Below, in pieces: positions 39,701-52,594 of a stretch of 64,000 nucleotides of DNA. Under the pieces are notes generated by a model that worked only from the letters and a program-made list of their open reading frames with translations, did not search any database and was not told the DNA's origin. The position numbers and the translations under genes are program-made. The DNA is from Lama guanicoe (taxonomy: Eukaryota): contig MU054323.1 of NCBI GenBank assembly GCA_013239625.1, positions 7,429,220 through 7,493,219 of the forward strand. The letters run 5' to 3'. Position 1 is the stretch's first letter. Each line of letters opens with the position of its first letter.

Positions 39701-40929
39701 AAAGGTAATGAATATACATGTCTATTACATGTATTTAGTTCTACCATAAACCTATATCTGTAGATCTCAGAATGTACTATATATACAGGCAATAATCACT
39801 GATATATCTGAATTTTTGTAGAAACAGGCAAGTAAGTCACACTGCTGGGTCATGTAGATCCCTCTAACTCTTTCTACACATGGAAGCAGGCTATGCATTC
39901 TCCAGTGCAGCTCTGGTGGCCACCTGTAAGAATCAAAAGAGATCCAACGCTGGAGAAAGGGCTGTGGGTAAGTGATGACTGCTAGAGGAAACCGCTCATT
40001 TGAAGAATTGCTTGGTTTTGGTTAAGTCACACATTTTTCTGCAATGGAAAAAATCTGTCATCTCTTTGCTCTAAAAATAATCAGGCTAGCTGAAAAAAAT
40101 GCCTTATTGTTTCACAAACTGTATACCAATACTCTCTTTGATAAGCATCCATCTTTTTAAACAGCTGGGTCCATTTCAAATGTTCTGCTTTCAAACTCAG
40201 CACTTCTGCAGCTGTAAATGGGTTTAAGAATAAATAGTGCATCCAAACACCACAGCAGAATGGGGGTAATGTTCACATGCTGAAAAGAACAATATTTAAA
40301 ACATCCCACTCAACCTACTGAAAGTGCTGATAAATGCTGTCAGAATACCTCTGGCTTATTTATCTCTTGGATGGCCAAGAAATTCATACTTTCAGAGGGA
40401 GGGCTTGGTCAATGAGGCAGCCAATTTAGCCACTGTCAGAACTTCAGGGCACTTTTCCCCAGGACTTCATACCACCATTCACAGGACGAAAAGATGAGAA
40501 TGCGGAACTACGCAAGCTCCTGGTAAGACCCTCTGCCAATAACATTCACAGTGGCAGCAGCACCACGATCCATCTGGGAAACTATCTGGGGCTAATTCCA
40601 GCACAACCTTTATCACAGGTTATGCCTATTTCATAAGAAACCCAAGGCTTCCACTTGGATTCTCATTCCCAGACAGCTCTGCACACAGCCTCACATGACC
40701 CTTCCTCCCCCTAATCCTCCACTCTCAAATCCCTCCCCTTGTCTTCATAGTCTGCTATCAACAAAACCCCTTCTCTGGGGCAGAATCCTCTTCTCTAAGG
40801 GTTACTTTCACCTTCTTGCCCTGTGAGGAAACCTGGCTTTCCCTGGAGGCTTGGCTTCCCCGGCAGCCATTCAAGTGGCAGCTACTTTCCCATCAGCAGT
40901 GTCCTAGGTTCCTGCTTCTTCACTTTCTC

Positions 40930-43140
40930 AACGTTTGTCAGTCTTTATTTTAGCTGCACTAGTGGGTGGGAAGTGGCATCTCGTGGTTTTGATTAGCCAT
41001 TTCCCTAATGATTAATTGATACTGAGCAACTTTTCACATGATTTTTGGCCATTTGTATATCCTCTTTGGAGAAATCTCTATTTGGATTTCCCCCCATTTC
41101 CCCCTAAACTTTTTTTTTAATTGTGGTAAAAAAAATGACATAAAATTCACCATCTTAATCATTTTCAAGTCTACAATTCAGTAGTGGTAAGCATATTCAC
41201 ATGGTTGTGAAACAGATCTCCTGAACTCTTGCATCTTGCAAATCTGAAACTCTACAGTACTGATTAAACAACTTTCCTTCCCCCCTTATCCCAGTTCCTG
41301 GTAACCACCATTCTCTTTCTCTCTGCTCATGTTTAAGCCGGATTATTTGGTGTTTTTGCTCTTGTTGTTGCTGCTGAGCTGTGAGAGTTCTCTAAAATTC
41401 TGAAGCCAGGTTTTGTCAGATACATGATTTTCAAGTATTTTCTCTTTTTCCGTGGGTTCTTTTTACTTTCTTGATGGTATCCTTTGAAGCACCAAAGTTT
41501 TTAATTTCAATGAAGCCCAAAAGTTATTCATTTTCTTCTGCAGCTTATATTTTCAGTATCATATCTAAGAAGGTGTCATATATAGGCTGAGGTCATGAAG
41601 ATTTATACCTATGTTTTGTTTTAAAGTTTCTTAGTTTTACCTCTTATATTTAGGTTTTTGATCCATTTTGAGTTAATTTTTTTATATGGTATAAATTTGG
41701 GGTCTGGCTGCATTCTTTTGCCTCTGGATATCCAATTTTCCCAGCACCGTATTTAAAAAAGACTATTCTTTACCTACCGAATGGTCTCATAACCCTTGCT
41801 GAAATTCTACTGACAATAAATGTAAGAGCTTGATTTTAGACTCTTAATTCTACTCCGTTAACCTATATGTCTATCCTCATGCAAATATTACATAGACTTT
41901 ATTACTGCTGCTTTGACATAAGTTTTGAAATCAGGAAGTGTGAGTCCTTCAAAATGTTCTTGTTCGAGGCTGCTTTAGCTACTTGGGGTCCCTTGCATTT
42001 TCATAGGAATTTTAAGATCAGCTTATAGGGTTATACAAAAAGCAGCTGACATTTTCACAGGAATTGCATTGAATCTGTACATAAGTCTGGGGAGTACTGT
42101 CATCTTAACAATATTAAGTTTTTCAATCCATGAATCCATATGTTTTTCTACTTACTTAGGTCTTTTTAAAGTTCTCTCAAAGATGTTTTACAGTTTTCAA
42201 TGTGTAAGTCTTATACCTCTTTGGTTAAATATATTCCTATACTGTTCTTGTGGGTGCTACTGTAAATGAAATTATTTTCTTACCTACATTTTATTACTAG
42301 AATAAAAATAAAAATAATTTTTGTATATTGATCTTACATCCTGCAACCCTGCTAAACTTGTTTATTACCTCTAATAGTTGTCTGTGTGTGTGTGTGTATT
42401 CCTTAGGGTTTTCTATATACAAGATCTTGTGGTCTGCAAATAGAGGGTTTTATTTATTTCCAACATAGATGCATTTTACTTCTTTTTCTCGCCTGATTTC
42501 TTGCTGACAACGAGTCAGTACAACGTTAAGTAGAAGTTGCAAGAGGAGACACACTTGTCTTGCTCCTGATGTTACAGGGGGGAAGCTCTCAGTCTTCCAC
42601 CAGTAAGTGTAATGTTAGCTGTGGGTTTTTCATAAACGTTGAAGAAGTTTATCAGATTGAGGAAATTCCCTTCTATTCCTAGTTTGTTGCATGGTTTTTA
42701 TCACAAAAGGATGTTGGGTTTTGTCCAATTCCTTTTTCACATTTATTGTGAAGACCACGTATTTTTGTCTTTATTCCAATAATATGGTATTATGTTGATT
42801 GATTTTTACATGTTGAACCAACCTTGCATTTTGGGGTAATATATACTTGGTCATATACTTGGTGTAAATAATTCTTTTTATATGTTGTTGAATTTGGTTT
42901 GCTAATAATTTACTGAGGATTTTTGAGTGTATATTCCTAAGGAATACTGGTCTGTAGTTTCTTTTCTTTTGGTAACCTTTTTTTGTTTTGGTTTGGTTTT
43001 GGTATCAAGGTAACACTGCCCTGACAGAATGAATTAGGAAGTGTTCCATCCTCTGCTATTTTGGCAAACGTGTAAAGGCCTTGTATTAATTCTTTAAATG
43101 TTTAGTAGGTTTCATGAGTGAAGCCAGCAGTTTGCTGACC
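40930..43140 (-). mobile_element. L1M ORF2/3' region with a nested L1MB-like 3' end (~41110-41320)
   Basis: ggccatttgtatatcctctttggagaaat, tgatccattttgagttaattttt, tggatatccaattttcccagcacc, attgcattgaatctgtacat, tgaggaaattcccttctattcctagtttg. Confidence 0.9.
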
Positions 43141-43410
43141 ACTGTATTTTAAGTAGCTATTCGGTCATCTTTTTATCATATCGTGACATTTTACTTTTCT
43201 ATACAGAACTTATTGTCATTTGATATCTTCTTTATTTATTTTGGGGCTTTTGTTTTTCAAATGTTTTTATCCATCTCTCCTCTTTAGAATGTAAGCTCCA
43301 TGAAGGCACAGACTTTGTCTTAGGCTTTTCTAAGTTATCCCCACACCTAGAACGGTGTCTGCTATGTGGCAGGTACTTGAGTAGAATTTGGTGGATAAAC
43401 ATAGAAATGA
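43140..43410 (+). mobile_element. L2 3' end
   Basis: ttagaatgtaagctccatgaaggcacagactttgtc...ccccacacctagaacggtgtctg. Confidence 0.75.
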
Positions 43411-44353
43411 GTTAGTGAAGCGGGCAGCAGGAAGTTACGGCTTTTATTTTCTCTGTGTAGTAAGAAAAGGGTTCATCTGCTAAATGAGAGGGAAGAGTGG
43501 GGATAGATTCTTTAAAAAGAATGGAGATTTTATTTCTATGTGACTTTAACTGACCACTGCAAAGAATGGAAAAGCAAGGTGTTCTGAGAAATGTAACAGG
43601 ACTGCAGTGCTGAGGGTCAGTATGAAGTTGGTGATCATGAATCTTAAGGTAATACTACTCTGTCCTATTGTATGGATTTCTCCAGAAGTACTACAGAAAG
43701 CAGGTAAATTAGTTCATCCACAAATTTAGTTGACAGAGACAGGAATAAAAAAGTCACAGGACAATGGAGTTCATGGTACAGGAACAAAAGGCGACATCTA
43801 AAATCGTAAGCAGAGAAGAAAAGAGAGGACTGATGGATAGAGAGAGAGGACACAGGTCAATGGATTAAGGGTTGGAAAGAGATTAAAGGATGACCTTAGA
43901 GTAGTTGAAAAGTTAGCTGGAGTGACAGTGGGATATCAACAGAGAACAGGATGTCTAAATCAGTGATTTTGGGAGTAGAGTGGTTGGAGGTGGTGAAAAG
44001 GTCCAGGGTATAACTGAGGAAGCAGATGTCTGAGGTTCACTGCAGGAGGAGAGTGTCAGAGTTGAGGAAGTCAAACAACCATGTGGCCAGGGTCTTAAGA
44101 AGTTTGACTATACAGATACTGAAATCACACGAGGTGACCATGAATCTGGTACCAGTCCATCCAGGAGTGAAGGAGTATGACCAAAAAGTCAGGAGATAAC
44201 TGCACCAAAAAAGAAGAAGGGTGGTGGAACTAAAATGACACACTCCTCAAAGCAACATCTTGTTTGTCTCTTTTTTTTTTTTTTTTAAATCCAGGAGATT
44301 CAGGGTGTAAAGATCTAGAAGTGTCAAGGTGGAAAGACAGGAGGAAAACGACC

Positions 44354-45069
44354 AGGGTGGCCAGTATACAGTACACAGAATGTTAAACTGGCTCTCAGTA
44401 ATCCTCATCCTGTATCAGCCTTTCCTCTTTGAATGTAGGAGAAATGTGTGAATGTGATAAGCTATCACTCATTATGTTACATGGTAAAAGGGAGATTACC
44501 CTGGGTGGGCCTGGTCTAATCAGGTAAGCCCTTTAAAAGAAGTATTTTTTCTGGCTGGTTGCAGAAGAAGATGTCAGATGTACTCTAGCTGGCCTGGAAG
44601 AAAGCAAATGTTCATGTTGTAAACTTCCTATGAGGCCACATGGCAAGGAAGTGCAGGTGGCCCCTGGGAGCTGAGAGTCTTCCTTGGCTGGCAGCTCTCA
44701 CCACCACAGCTGCAAAGAAATGAATTCTGCCAACAACCAGTGAGATGGCAAGAGGACCCCCAAGCCCCCGGTGATAACTACAGCCTCAGCTGACACCTGA
44801 TTCCAGCCTGGCGAGACTCAGAGCAGAGAATCCGGCCATGCCACTGGCTAGACTTCTGACCTACAGAAACCGAGATAACACACTTCCACTGTTTTAAGCT
44901 GCTAAGTTTGTGGTTATTTATTATGCAGGCAATGAAAACTGAAACAGCGACCATAAGCAGTTTACCCAGGATAATCCCAGTTTAGGCACTTTGTCCCTGC
45001 ACAATTAACAGCGTCCCCTTCTACTCTGAAATGAGTCCTGATTATATGATAAGTGATACGGTCACTCTA
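44354..45069. mobile_element. MER94-like hAT-Blackjack element split by an MLT1 LTR
   Basis: Left TIR cagggtggcca (44354) and right TIR ggtcactcta (ends 45069). Body ccataagcagtttacccaggataatcccagttt...ttgtccc...ccccttctactctgaaatgagtcctg resumes at ~44950. Confidence 0.65.
44366..44947 (+). mobile_element. MLT1D/E-like MaLR solo LTR
   Basis: tatgttacatggtaaaagggagattaccctgggtgggcct, aaatgaattctgccaacaacc, gacttctgacctacagaaac, tgttttaagctgctaagtttgtggttatt...aactgaaaca (ends in CA). Confidence 0.88.
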
Positions 45070-46000
45070 ACAATCATCTCACCTCCCAACCTCTAAAAAC
45101 TCATGAGGATGCGGGAGAAGAGGCAGCCACCACCCGAAAGAGCTGCGGGAGAAGCAGAGCGCCGAGCGGAAAGCCAAACTGCTATTGAGACAAGGGGGTG
45201 AAAGAAACGCTTAGAGAGGTAGGAAAAGTGAGGGCAGCTCGTTGATTAAGGAGCAGCAGTTCTCGAGGGCCTGGAGATGTGCAGGGCTGTGAGAAGGCTG
45301 GGAAGCAGTACAGATCACGGAGGGAATGAGGGTGTCATGTGAGACAGAGTGACCAGATGGCTTCTGTGACACTGACCGATAAAAACAGGTAAGAGCCACA
45401 GGGCGTGAGTCTTGGCAGTTTCTACGAGGAGCGTGGGGCACGGGCTCAAAGGACTAGATTTGGGAGGTTTTGTTTGGATTTTCTTCGTGTGAATTATTTA
45501 CCTCCTGCTATAACTTGCTACAAGTGGGGATGGTACTTATGCCTTTAAAAAAACCAGTCCTCCTGCCTAGTTCTGCACTAGGTACAAAGTTACTTGTTTA
45601 CTTATGACATGTAACTATTTAGAACTGAGTAGGAGCATGGCCAAGAAGCATACCTTTTTCTCAATGAACACGTATTATCTTTTAGAACCCCAGAGATGTG
45701 AGGAGAGGTTATGCTGATCACATGAAAGTTCAACATCGCTTCTGACAAAGTCAACAGTCTTAACTGTTCCAAATCTATAACAACATAGTTTTGTGTGACT
45801 CCTTAAAGTAAGTGGTTTAATATCATTAATGCCCAAACACCTACACAGGACATATGTGAGGTGCCCATTAACATTTACTAAAATAAAACAAAAACAAAAA
45901 AAGCAAGTAATAATATTAATAGAGATTTTTAAACAAATCCAAAGACCATCATCTATAGATTCTGAAGACTAGGATAAGTAACTTTGCTCAGAGGCGGAGT

Positions 46001-46014
46001 CTGCCCTCTGCTGG
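46001..46014 (-). promoter_or_regulatory. Candidate CTCF core motif
   Basis: Minus strand CCAGCAGAGGGCAG fits the CCASYAGRKGGCRS core. Motif match only; no binding data. Confidence 0.4.
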
Positions 46015-46899
46015 GAAGAAAGGTGAAATTTCTTATCAACTAAGTTACGTAACTACCTCTCCGGAGGCCTTCTACCAACATACTGTACTGTGGTACAAGC
46101 GTATTTTGTGTGCGTGCACACACACTTCCTGCCATGGAGTAACCACATGGGAATAGGTCAAATTTCTCTTGGGAAAGTGAAGGCCAGAATAAGCAGAGAT
46201 CTGAACATAAGGCAAGGGGTGGGCAGGGAATGGGAGTAAGATCGTTTATTTCCAGCCCTCCTTGTGTATCAAGAAAGGGTTAAAGATTTCAGTTTGGGAA
46301 GATGAAAAAGTCCCAGAGATGGATGGTGGTGAGGGTTGCACAACAATGAATATACGTAACACCACTGAACTGCACTGATTTAGTAGAAAAACTTGATGGT
46401 CTCCGTTGCTGAATGGAAGTCCTTGTTCAGATGGTAAGGCTTTATGCTCTATGTGTCAGACTCTAATTTCCAAACAAAACTGCAGTGATCTCTCTCATCA
46501 CCCATGCTCCACTGCAATGGGACATCACCCCCTGCCCCTGCCGTCCCAGCATCAAGAGGGGAAGCCCCTCTCCTTCCCTCCAGCCTTAGTGCCTGTAACC
46601 GACAGCACACGGCAGATGTCGCCTGTGTAATTTCTCAGCCAGGCCGGACAAGGCCTTGCAGCTTCCCTCTTGCTCCCCAGGAACACTTTCTCCAGGTGCT
46701 TCCTCTAGGGATGCTCTCTCCTAAAGCACACCTGCCACGTCTGAGGCTGCTCACAGCGGGCTCCCGCCGACTGTTCCAGCCTCATGACCTGAACAGAGGA
46801 TTTCTGTTGAAGTGGTTAATTCAGTCACAGAGTCGATCAAATTTTCTACTAAATTATACTTTTTAAAAGAATACTTTATTTAAATAACTCACTGCTGAA

Positions 46900-49575
46900 T
46901 GATCTTTATCCCTAACCTTCCCCATCTCAGCTGACGGTAATTCCATCCATCTAGCTTCTTAGGGCAAAGTCTTAGGGTTTCCCTTGACTCCTTTTCCTTT
47001 CACAAGCCACATCCAACCCATAAGGCAGATCTATAAAATATATCCTAATTCAACTCTTTTTACCACCCCTACTGCTAACATCCTATCCTATCTTGTTTTA
47101 ATGCTATAATCATCTCTCTGAAATGGTCTCCTTGTATCTTTTCCTTCCACTGTTTACTCCTTACATGGCATCCAGAATGACCACTTTAAAATATAAATCA
47201 TCTCAAGCTATTTTTCTACTCAAAACTCTATAGACTCCTCATTTAACTCATAGTAAAAGCCAAAGTCCTTACAATGGACAGCAAGGCCCTTGTTAACTCT
47301 TTGACTCCCTCTCCTCCAACTCTCCCCCTGGCTCATTCCAGTCTGCCTACTCTGGCTCTTTTGCTGTTCCCTGAGTTCCCAGACACACTCTTGCTCCACT
47401 AAGAACGCCTGCAGGAGGACATCGAAGCCTTTGCTCAAATCTCACTTTCTCAACAAGGCCTGTAAGACTCTCCCCACTCCTCCTCTTGACTCCTTTTCCT
47501 GATTTCTTTCTCACGTGAGAGTCCAGTGTAAACTAGCAAAGGGGCTCTCACCCATGAATTCAGGTTCCCAGCCTCTGTTCATCCATGCACTCTGCCTCTG
47601 TCAGTCTCTTTGGAGATCCTTTCATTTGGGCCAAAGTACACAGGGAGCGGGAAGGGCAAAGAGAGAGAGGATAGAGAAGACACAACTGCTTTAACCTGCC
47701 TTGATCCAGAAGTAACACAATCACTCCCAAACAGATTCCACTGGTAAGACCTCGTCACATGGCCCATCTGGCTGCAAGGAGGATGGGCTACCTAATCTAG
47801 TTATATGTCCAGGAAGAAAAGGAAAACATGGATGTCGGCAAGTACTTCTAACCAGTAAATATATTTTGCGCCCTCTTCCTATGCCTAGAACACACTCAAA
47901 CTTCTCCCACCCCCTCCCCCTCCCCCATGGAAAACCTGAAGTCCCACGCAGTCATTGCATCTAACTACAAGTCCAGGATCTCAGGCACTGGCACAGTCTC
48001 CTCCATCAAGACGTACAGCTCCTTCTGATGCAGCTTATGAACTAAAAAGGCAAGTTATCTGCACCCACCCTCCCCAGTCCCAATATACAACAGTGGGTCA
48101 GCAGAAGGTTCTTTCTCATCCAACATCTTCTTGGTCACATGGGGGGTTCTGGCATACCCTCCGAAGGAGCTCTAAAACCTTCATGACCAACCTCTTTCCA
48201 GGACAAGTTAAAAAGTGGTTTTACAGCTCAAATAGTCATGCTCATGGTTTCGTTGCCAATATCCCTCAAAAACTTCACGGGCCTTTGATCTATTTGTTTC
48301 CAGTCGGTTCCATGTGCCAGTAACCACACACAAAGTTCTTTCCCAAACATAATTCTCAATCCTGATTTATGTGTTTGCCTCCATGCCTTTTTGCTTTCAA
48401 CTAACGGAAGCCACCTGGAGGCCATATGAAACAATAGGTCAGCGGTTTCCAACTTTGGCTGCAAAACAGAGTCACTTGGGGGAACTTTCAGAAACTTTCC
48501 TGTACCCTGGACCCAATAAATTAGAAGCAGTGTAGGTGGGAGCAATGTGATTCTGATGAGCAGCCAACAAGAACTCATACCTTCATCTGATCTTTGCCAC
48601 AGGACTGAGCCACTTCTTTTCAGCTGAGAAAGTTTAGTAGGTCTTTGTTGCTCAAAGCCTTTCTCAACTCTTACCTCTTGCTTTCTAGAAACAGTCTATT
48701 TTTCCTTTCACTGCCCCAACTGTCAGAACCTTCTTTTTTTTCTTTTTTTTTTTTTTGCTTGAAAAGTAGCCAATACTTTCCCAAGCTCCTCCCTTTCTTA
48801 CAATACCTTACCAATAACAATCAACATATTCTCTGATCTCTTCCAACATTTGACCTAGAGTTCGCTCGGCATGAAGTAGGTCTTCCAAGTTACCACAGAT
48901 GACAAATTTACCAAACTGGTCACCATTGTGGAACTTGGGTTTCTGTCTTTCCAATCTCTGGTATCAGTGCCCTCATCAGGGTGCTGTCTGACTATTAAGC
49001 CAATGAAACAAATTTTAAGGTTTTGTTTTAAGAGAACACCACTCCCAGCACCAACCAGTGTGGCAAAAACTAAAACCTAAGTAGCTTAAACACAGAGTCT
49101 CTCCCTTGTTCCCATTCAGAGTCACACAGGTTGGCAGGATGTTCTCTGCCCCTTGCTCAAGGACCAAGTTTTCTTTCATTTTATGGTTTCTCCTTCTTTG
49201 TGTCCTAATGAAATTCTCTCCACTAAGCTGGTAGAGAGGATAGAAAAGGCACCCAGCTATTACCTGTCTGGTTCTAGGAAGACACATAACACTCTGATCA
49301 CATTCTGCTGGTAAGAGGTATGCACGTGGTCCTTCTGGATACAGTGGGGCTGAGAGATGAGGTTGAGGTGTGTGCCCAGTAAGAACAGGAAAATAAGATG
49401 TTAGTGAGCCCCAGTGGTCTCTTCAGTACCCCTTAAAATTTAAGCTCCATCAGGGCAGGAACCTTTGTCTGATTTGTTCATAGATATACCTCACATGCCT
49501 GTTAACAGTGCCTGGGACATAGTAGGTGCTCAAAAAATATCTTTTGAATAAACAATGAATGGACAGAATGAATCA
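46900..49575 (+). mobile_element. L2 element (46900-~47515 and ~49425-49575) interrupted by a MaLR insertion
   Basis: cttccccatctcagctgacggtaattccatcc...cccttgactcc (L2 body). The tail taagctccatcagggcagga...cagtgcctgggacatagtaggtgctcaaaaaatat...gaatgaat resumes after the insert. Confidence 0.75.
47520..49420 (-). mobile_element. MLT1-type MaLR remnant: two LTR-like segments (~47520-47855, ~49030-49420) flanking internal sequence, with a MER5A-like element nested at ~48440-48575
   Basis: Co-oriented similar segments attccactggtaagacctcgtcacatggccc...tgtccaggaagaaaaggaaaacatggatgt and attctgctggtaagaggtatgcacgtggtcc...tgcccagtaagaacaggaaaataagatgt. MER5A-like start cagcggtttccaactttggctgca. 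Confidence 0.6.
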
Positions 49576-51709
49576 CAGGTATTTTTTCCTATAATCACAG
49601 GTATGGAATTTTTTTCTATAATAAAGGTAAATGAATGGATTGGTGACTAAAAGAATAATGAATTATAGTCATGGTTACTTAGATGAAACATTAAACAGAA
49701 ACTTTTGGAAAAATCAAAATAAATTTCCAAATACCAACACTACACATATCAAATCTACAATGCAAAATCACATACCAACTGGTTAAATGCACACTAAATG
49801 CATCTATTGTGAACACAGAGAAATATTCATTCAAATATTAGCACAGATATGGTGGGCAATTTTCAAAGAAATTACTATTAAATGGATTACACATTTTTTT
49901 CATTAGGTGGAAAGTTCTTCACCCCCATCAGCCTCAAAATTCACTCATATCTTCCTCAAAGAACAAGGGCACTGCACAGAGTCCTGATCTTAAAAACAAG
50001 TTAAATCCATGCACACACACGTATGCCCCTAAAAGACCTTACCAGCATGCATCTACCATACATAATGCACATACTCATCAAAATTCAGAATTGATACATC
50101 TATAATACCAGCATCAAAATTATGCATGCTGATAATACTAGATTTTTCCTGAACTCTTAAGTTACCATAACAAAAATTAATAAACTAGAAAAAAATAACA
50201 AAGCTGAAATTAAAATAACAATAAATGGAGATAAGACTTACTTTCCAAGAGTGTTGTGAGGATCAAATAGAAATAAAAGAACTCACTTGTGATTTCTATA
50301 CTTTCCTTTATGTACGTTACAGATCAATGCAAAAATTCAACACAGTATATGAAAAACAGCCTTGCAAATCATAAAGCAATATTCAGTCACTTGTCTTTAA
50401 ATAAATGAAAAATTCCCATTTCTATAAGGGTTATATATTAGTTAAATGAGCCAATTCAAACTAACGTGAGAAGGAAGTTCCTCATCTTCCTACTCCCAAC
50501 ATCTAGAATGAGAATGTTCAGTAGACACATGCCAGAGAATCCAATTGTGAAAGGTAATAGAGCAAAGAGCTGTCTCAATCTAAAGAGTTAGGCTCTAAAC
50601 AACAACAGTTAAAAAACATTAACAAGTAATTAACACAGTGGGATACTTGTACTTTAAGAAAAAGTAACAATTTTAATATCCATAAATTCTCTCTAGCCAA
50701 TGAAAAAGAGGAAAAACTACTAGGTTTTATTTTTTTTTTCCTTTGCTTGTTTAAAAAAGTTAAAATAATGACTCTTCAACCAAAAAAAAAGATACTGGAA
50801 TTTACAACACAAGACTCAGAATAGGATGTTCACTTTAACAAAATTTTATGGTTTAACTGTAACTGAACACCTATCTAACAGTTTTTAAAAATTATGTCTA
50901 ACACATTGTCAGAGATGTAGGAAGTACACACTTTGATCAAAGTTTGATTTTTGTTTTTAGCTAATTGCTGTTATGAATTTATTGCTTTTTTTCTTGGTTG
51001 AGTTTTAAAAAGGTTAACTAGGGGGGAAAAAAAAAAAGAAAAAACCACCTTGCTTATTGAAGCTTTCTAATACTTAAAATCCAGTGGGATGATCAGGCTT
51101 AAGAACCTAGATTCTGAATTATACCTATGACTCTATGTATTTCTTATAGTAAACCAACCAACAAACAAACAAAAGCTAGAGGAAAAGGTTTTGAAACAAG
51201 GCCATAGCAACTGGAAATAAAAGTATGGCATATTTAAAACTCTGGAAATAAACTGAGAGAAGGGAAGAAAAAAATGATTGATGCTAAACCTGTTACATGA
51301 TTTATAAACACCACAGAAAAATCAGACATTGACCTTCACTCAAATATTGTTATTTAAAAGGTTACTTTTGAAAGTAAGGACATCAGTGTGGAAATTGTAA
51401 AAGACAGTATTTCCCCAACTTCAGAGAGGCAAAAATTTAATTCCTTCATTTCCAGCAGCTTTCTTTGCAACATTTAAAGCTTATAAGCATGAATAAAATT
51501 TGCTTGAAAAAAAAGAACTTTAAATCTTCCTTAAAGTTCAGAGAGTAATAAGTCTTTTGGGGTAGGGGGTGGTACCCCTTGTACAATTTTAAAAGACACT
51601 TTTTCACTTGGAAAGGGAGCACTGTAACATCGCATTTTACTGAATAAAAGGGACCATGTCAAATGTAACAATATCTCCATCTCCTGGGATTTTAAAGACT
51701 GCTTTTACA

Positions 51710-51885
51710 GACTCACAGATAGAACTAGTAACAGGGCAATAACCGGTGGGGGGATGGGAAGTACAAACTACTGGCTGTAAGACAAGCTCAAGGATGGATT
51801 GTACAACACGGGGAAGAGACCCAATATTTTGTAATACCTGTAAGTGGAAAGTAATCTTTAAAAACTGTATAAAACTAAAAAAAAT
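51710..51885 (+). mobile_element. 5'-truncated L1 3' end (lineage-specific or L1MA-like)
   Basis: agactcacagat...gtacaaactactggctgtaagacaagctcaaggatggattgtacaacacggggaa...aatattttgtaata plus A tail; imperfect TSD actg(c/t)tttta. Confidence 0.8.
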
Positions 51886-52076
51886 TTTTTTTAACTGTTT
51901 TTAAAATCAAGTGATGAAGCACAGCATATCTGCAACCCCCATCATGAATGTCAGTGTTAACATGTTGTGACACCACACCCTTATTTAGTAGACATCTCTC
52001 GGGAATGTGGCCCGAGTGCTGTTACCGATGAAACAGATGACCATTAGGGACACAGACTGAGACACAAAGCAGTTAC

Positions 52077-52243
52077 CCAGGAGGAATGCTCCTTCATCTG
52101 GTGTTGGTTGCTGTGAGGGCCACTGGCGTGGCCACGCCAAAAGCAATTTTGGCAGAGCTGGTAGTTGTGGCACTGCTGGCATCGGTACCGGAAACCCATC
52201 ATACTCTCACACCGGCAATAGGAGCACTCCACAGGATGGAAGA
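52077..52243 (-). CDS. DTNB: Beta-dystrobrevin internal coding exon, 167 nt (probably exon 8), ZZ-type zinc finger
   Basis: Long pyrimidine tract ...ccttcttttcctcctccaag|TCTTCCATCCT...TCCTGG|gtaact. The phase-1 junction with the previous exon gives G|TC = Val. Translates [56 protein letters not shown], with the CxxC...CxxC...CxxC...H...H ZZ pattern. Confidence 0.98.
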
Positions 52244-52594
52244 CTTGGAGGAGGAAAAGAAGGCGGGAGAGATGGAGGCCAGGGAGAAGGGGTGGGACCA
52301 GAGGGAGAAAGAAATCATTTTCATTTGGAGAATAAAGTCAATACAGCAGAAAACCAAATTTAACATAAAAGCAAAAGTGAAAACAAAATTAGAACTGAAG
52401 AATCGAAACTATCTTATATTTAGCTAATCTGATCAGCCATTTACTAGAATAAAAAGACAGTAAGAACAAAATTTTCAATTTATAATAGATTATAATCCAC
52501 TTTAGAAAACAGCCAACTTCCTTCTTTAAAATGAAATTCATTTCTCAAAATTTAGGTAAACATACAAGTAAGGGATTTCTCTTCCAAACCTTTA

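Noticed and set aside
52086..52427. 113-aa plus-strand ORF and the plus-strand ORFs at 28631-28952
   Set aside because: Antisense shadows of real DTNB exons.
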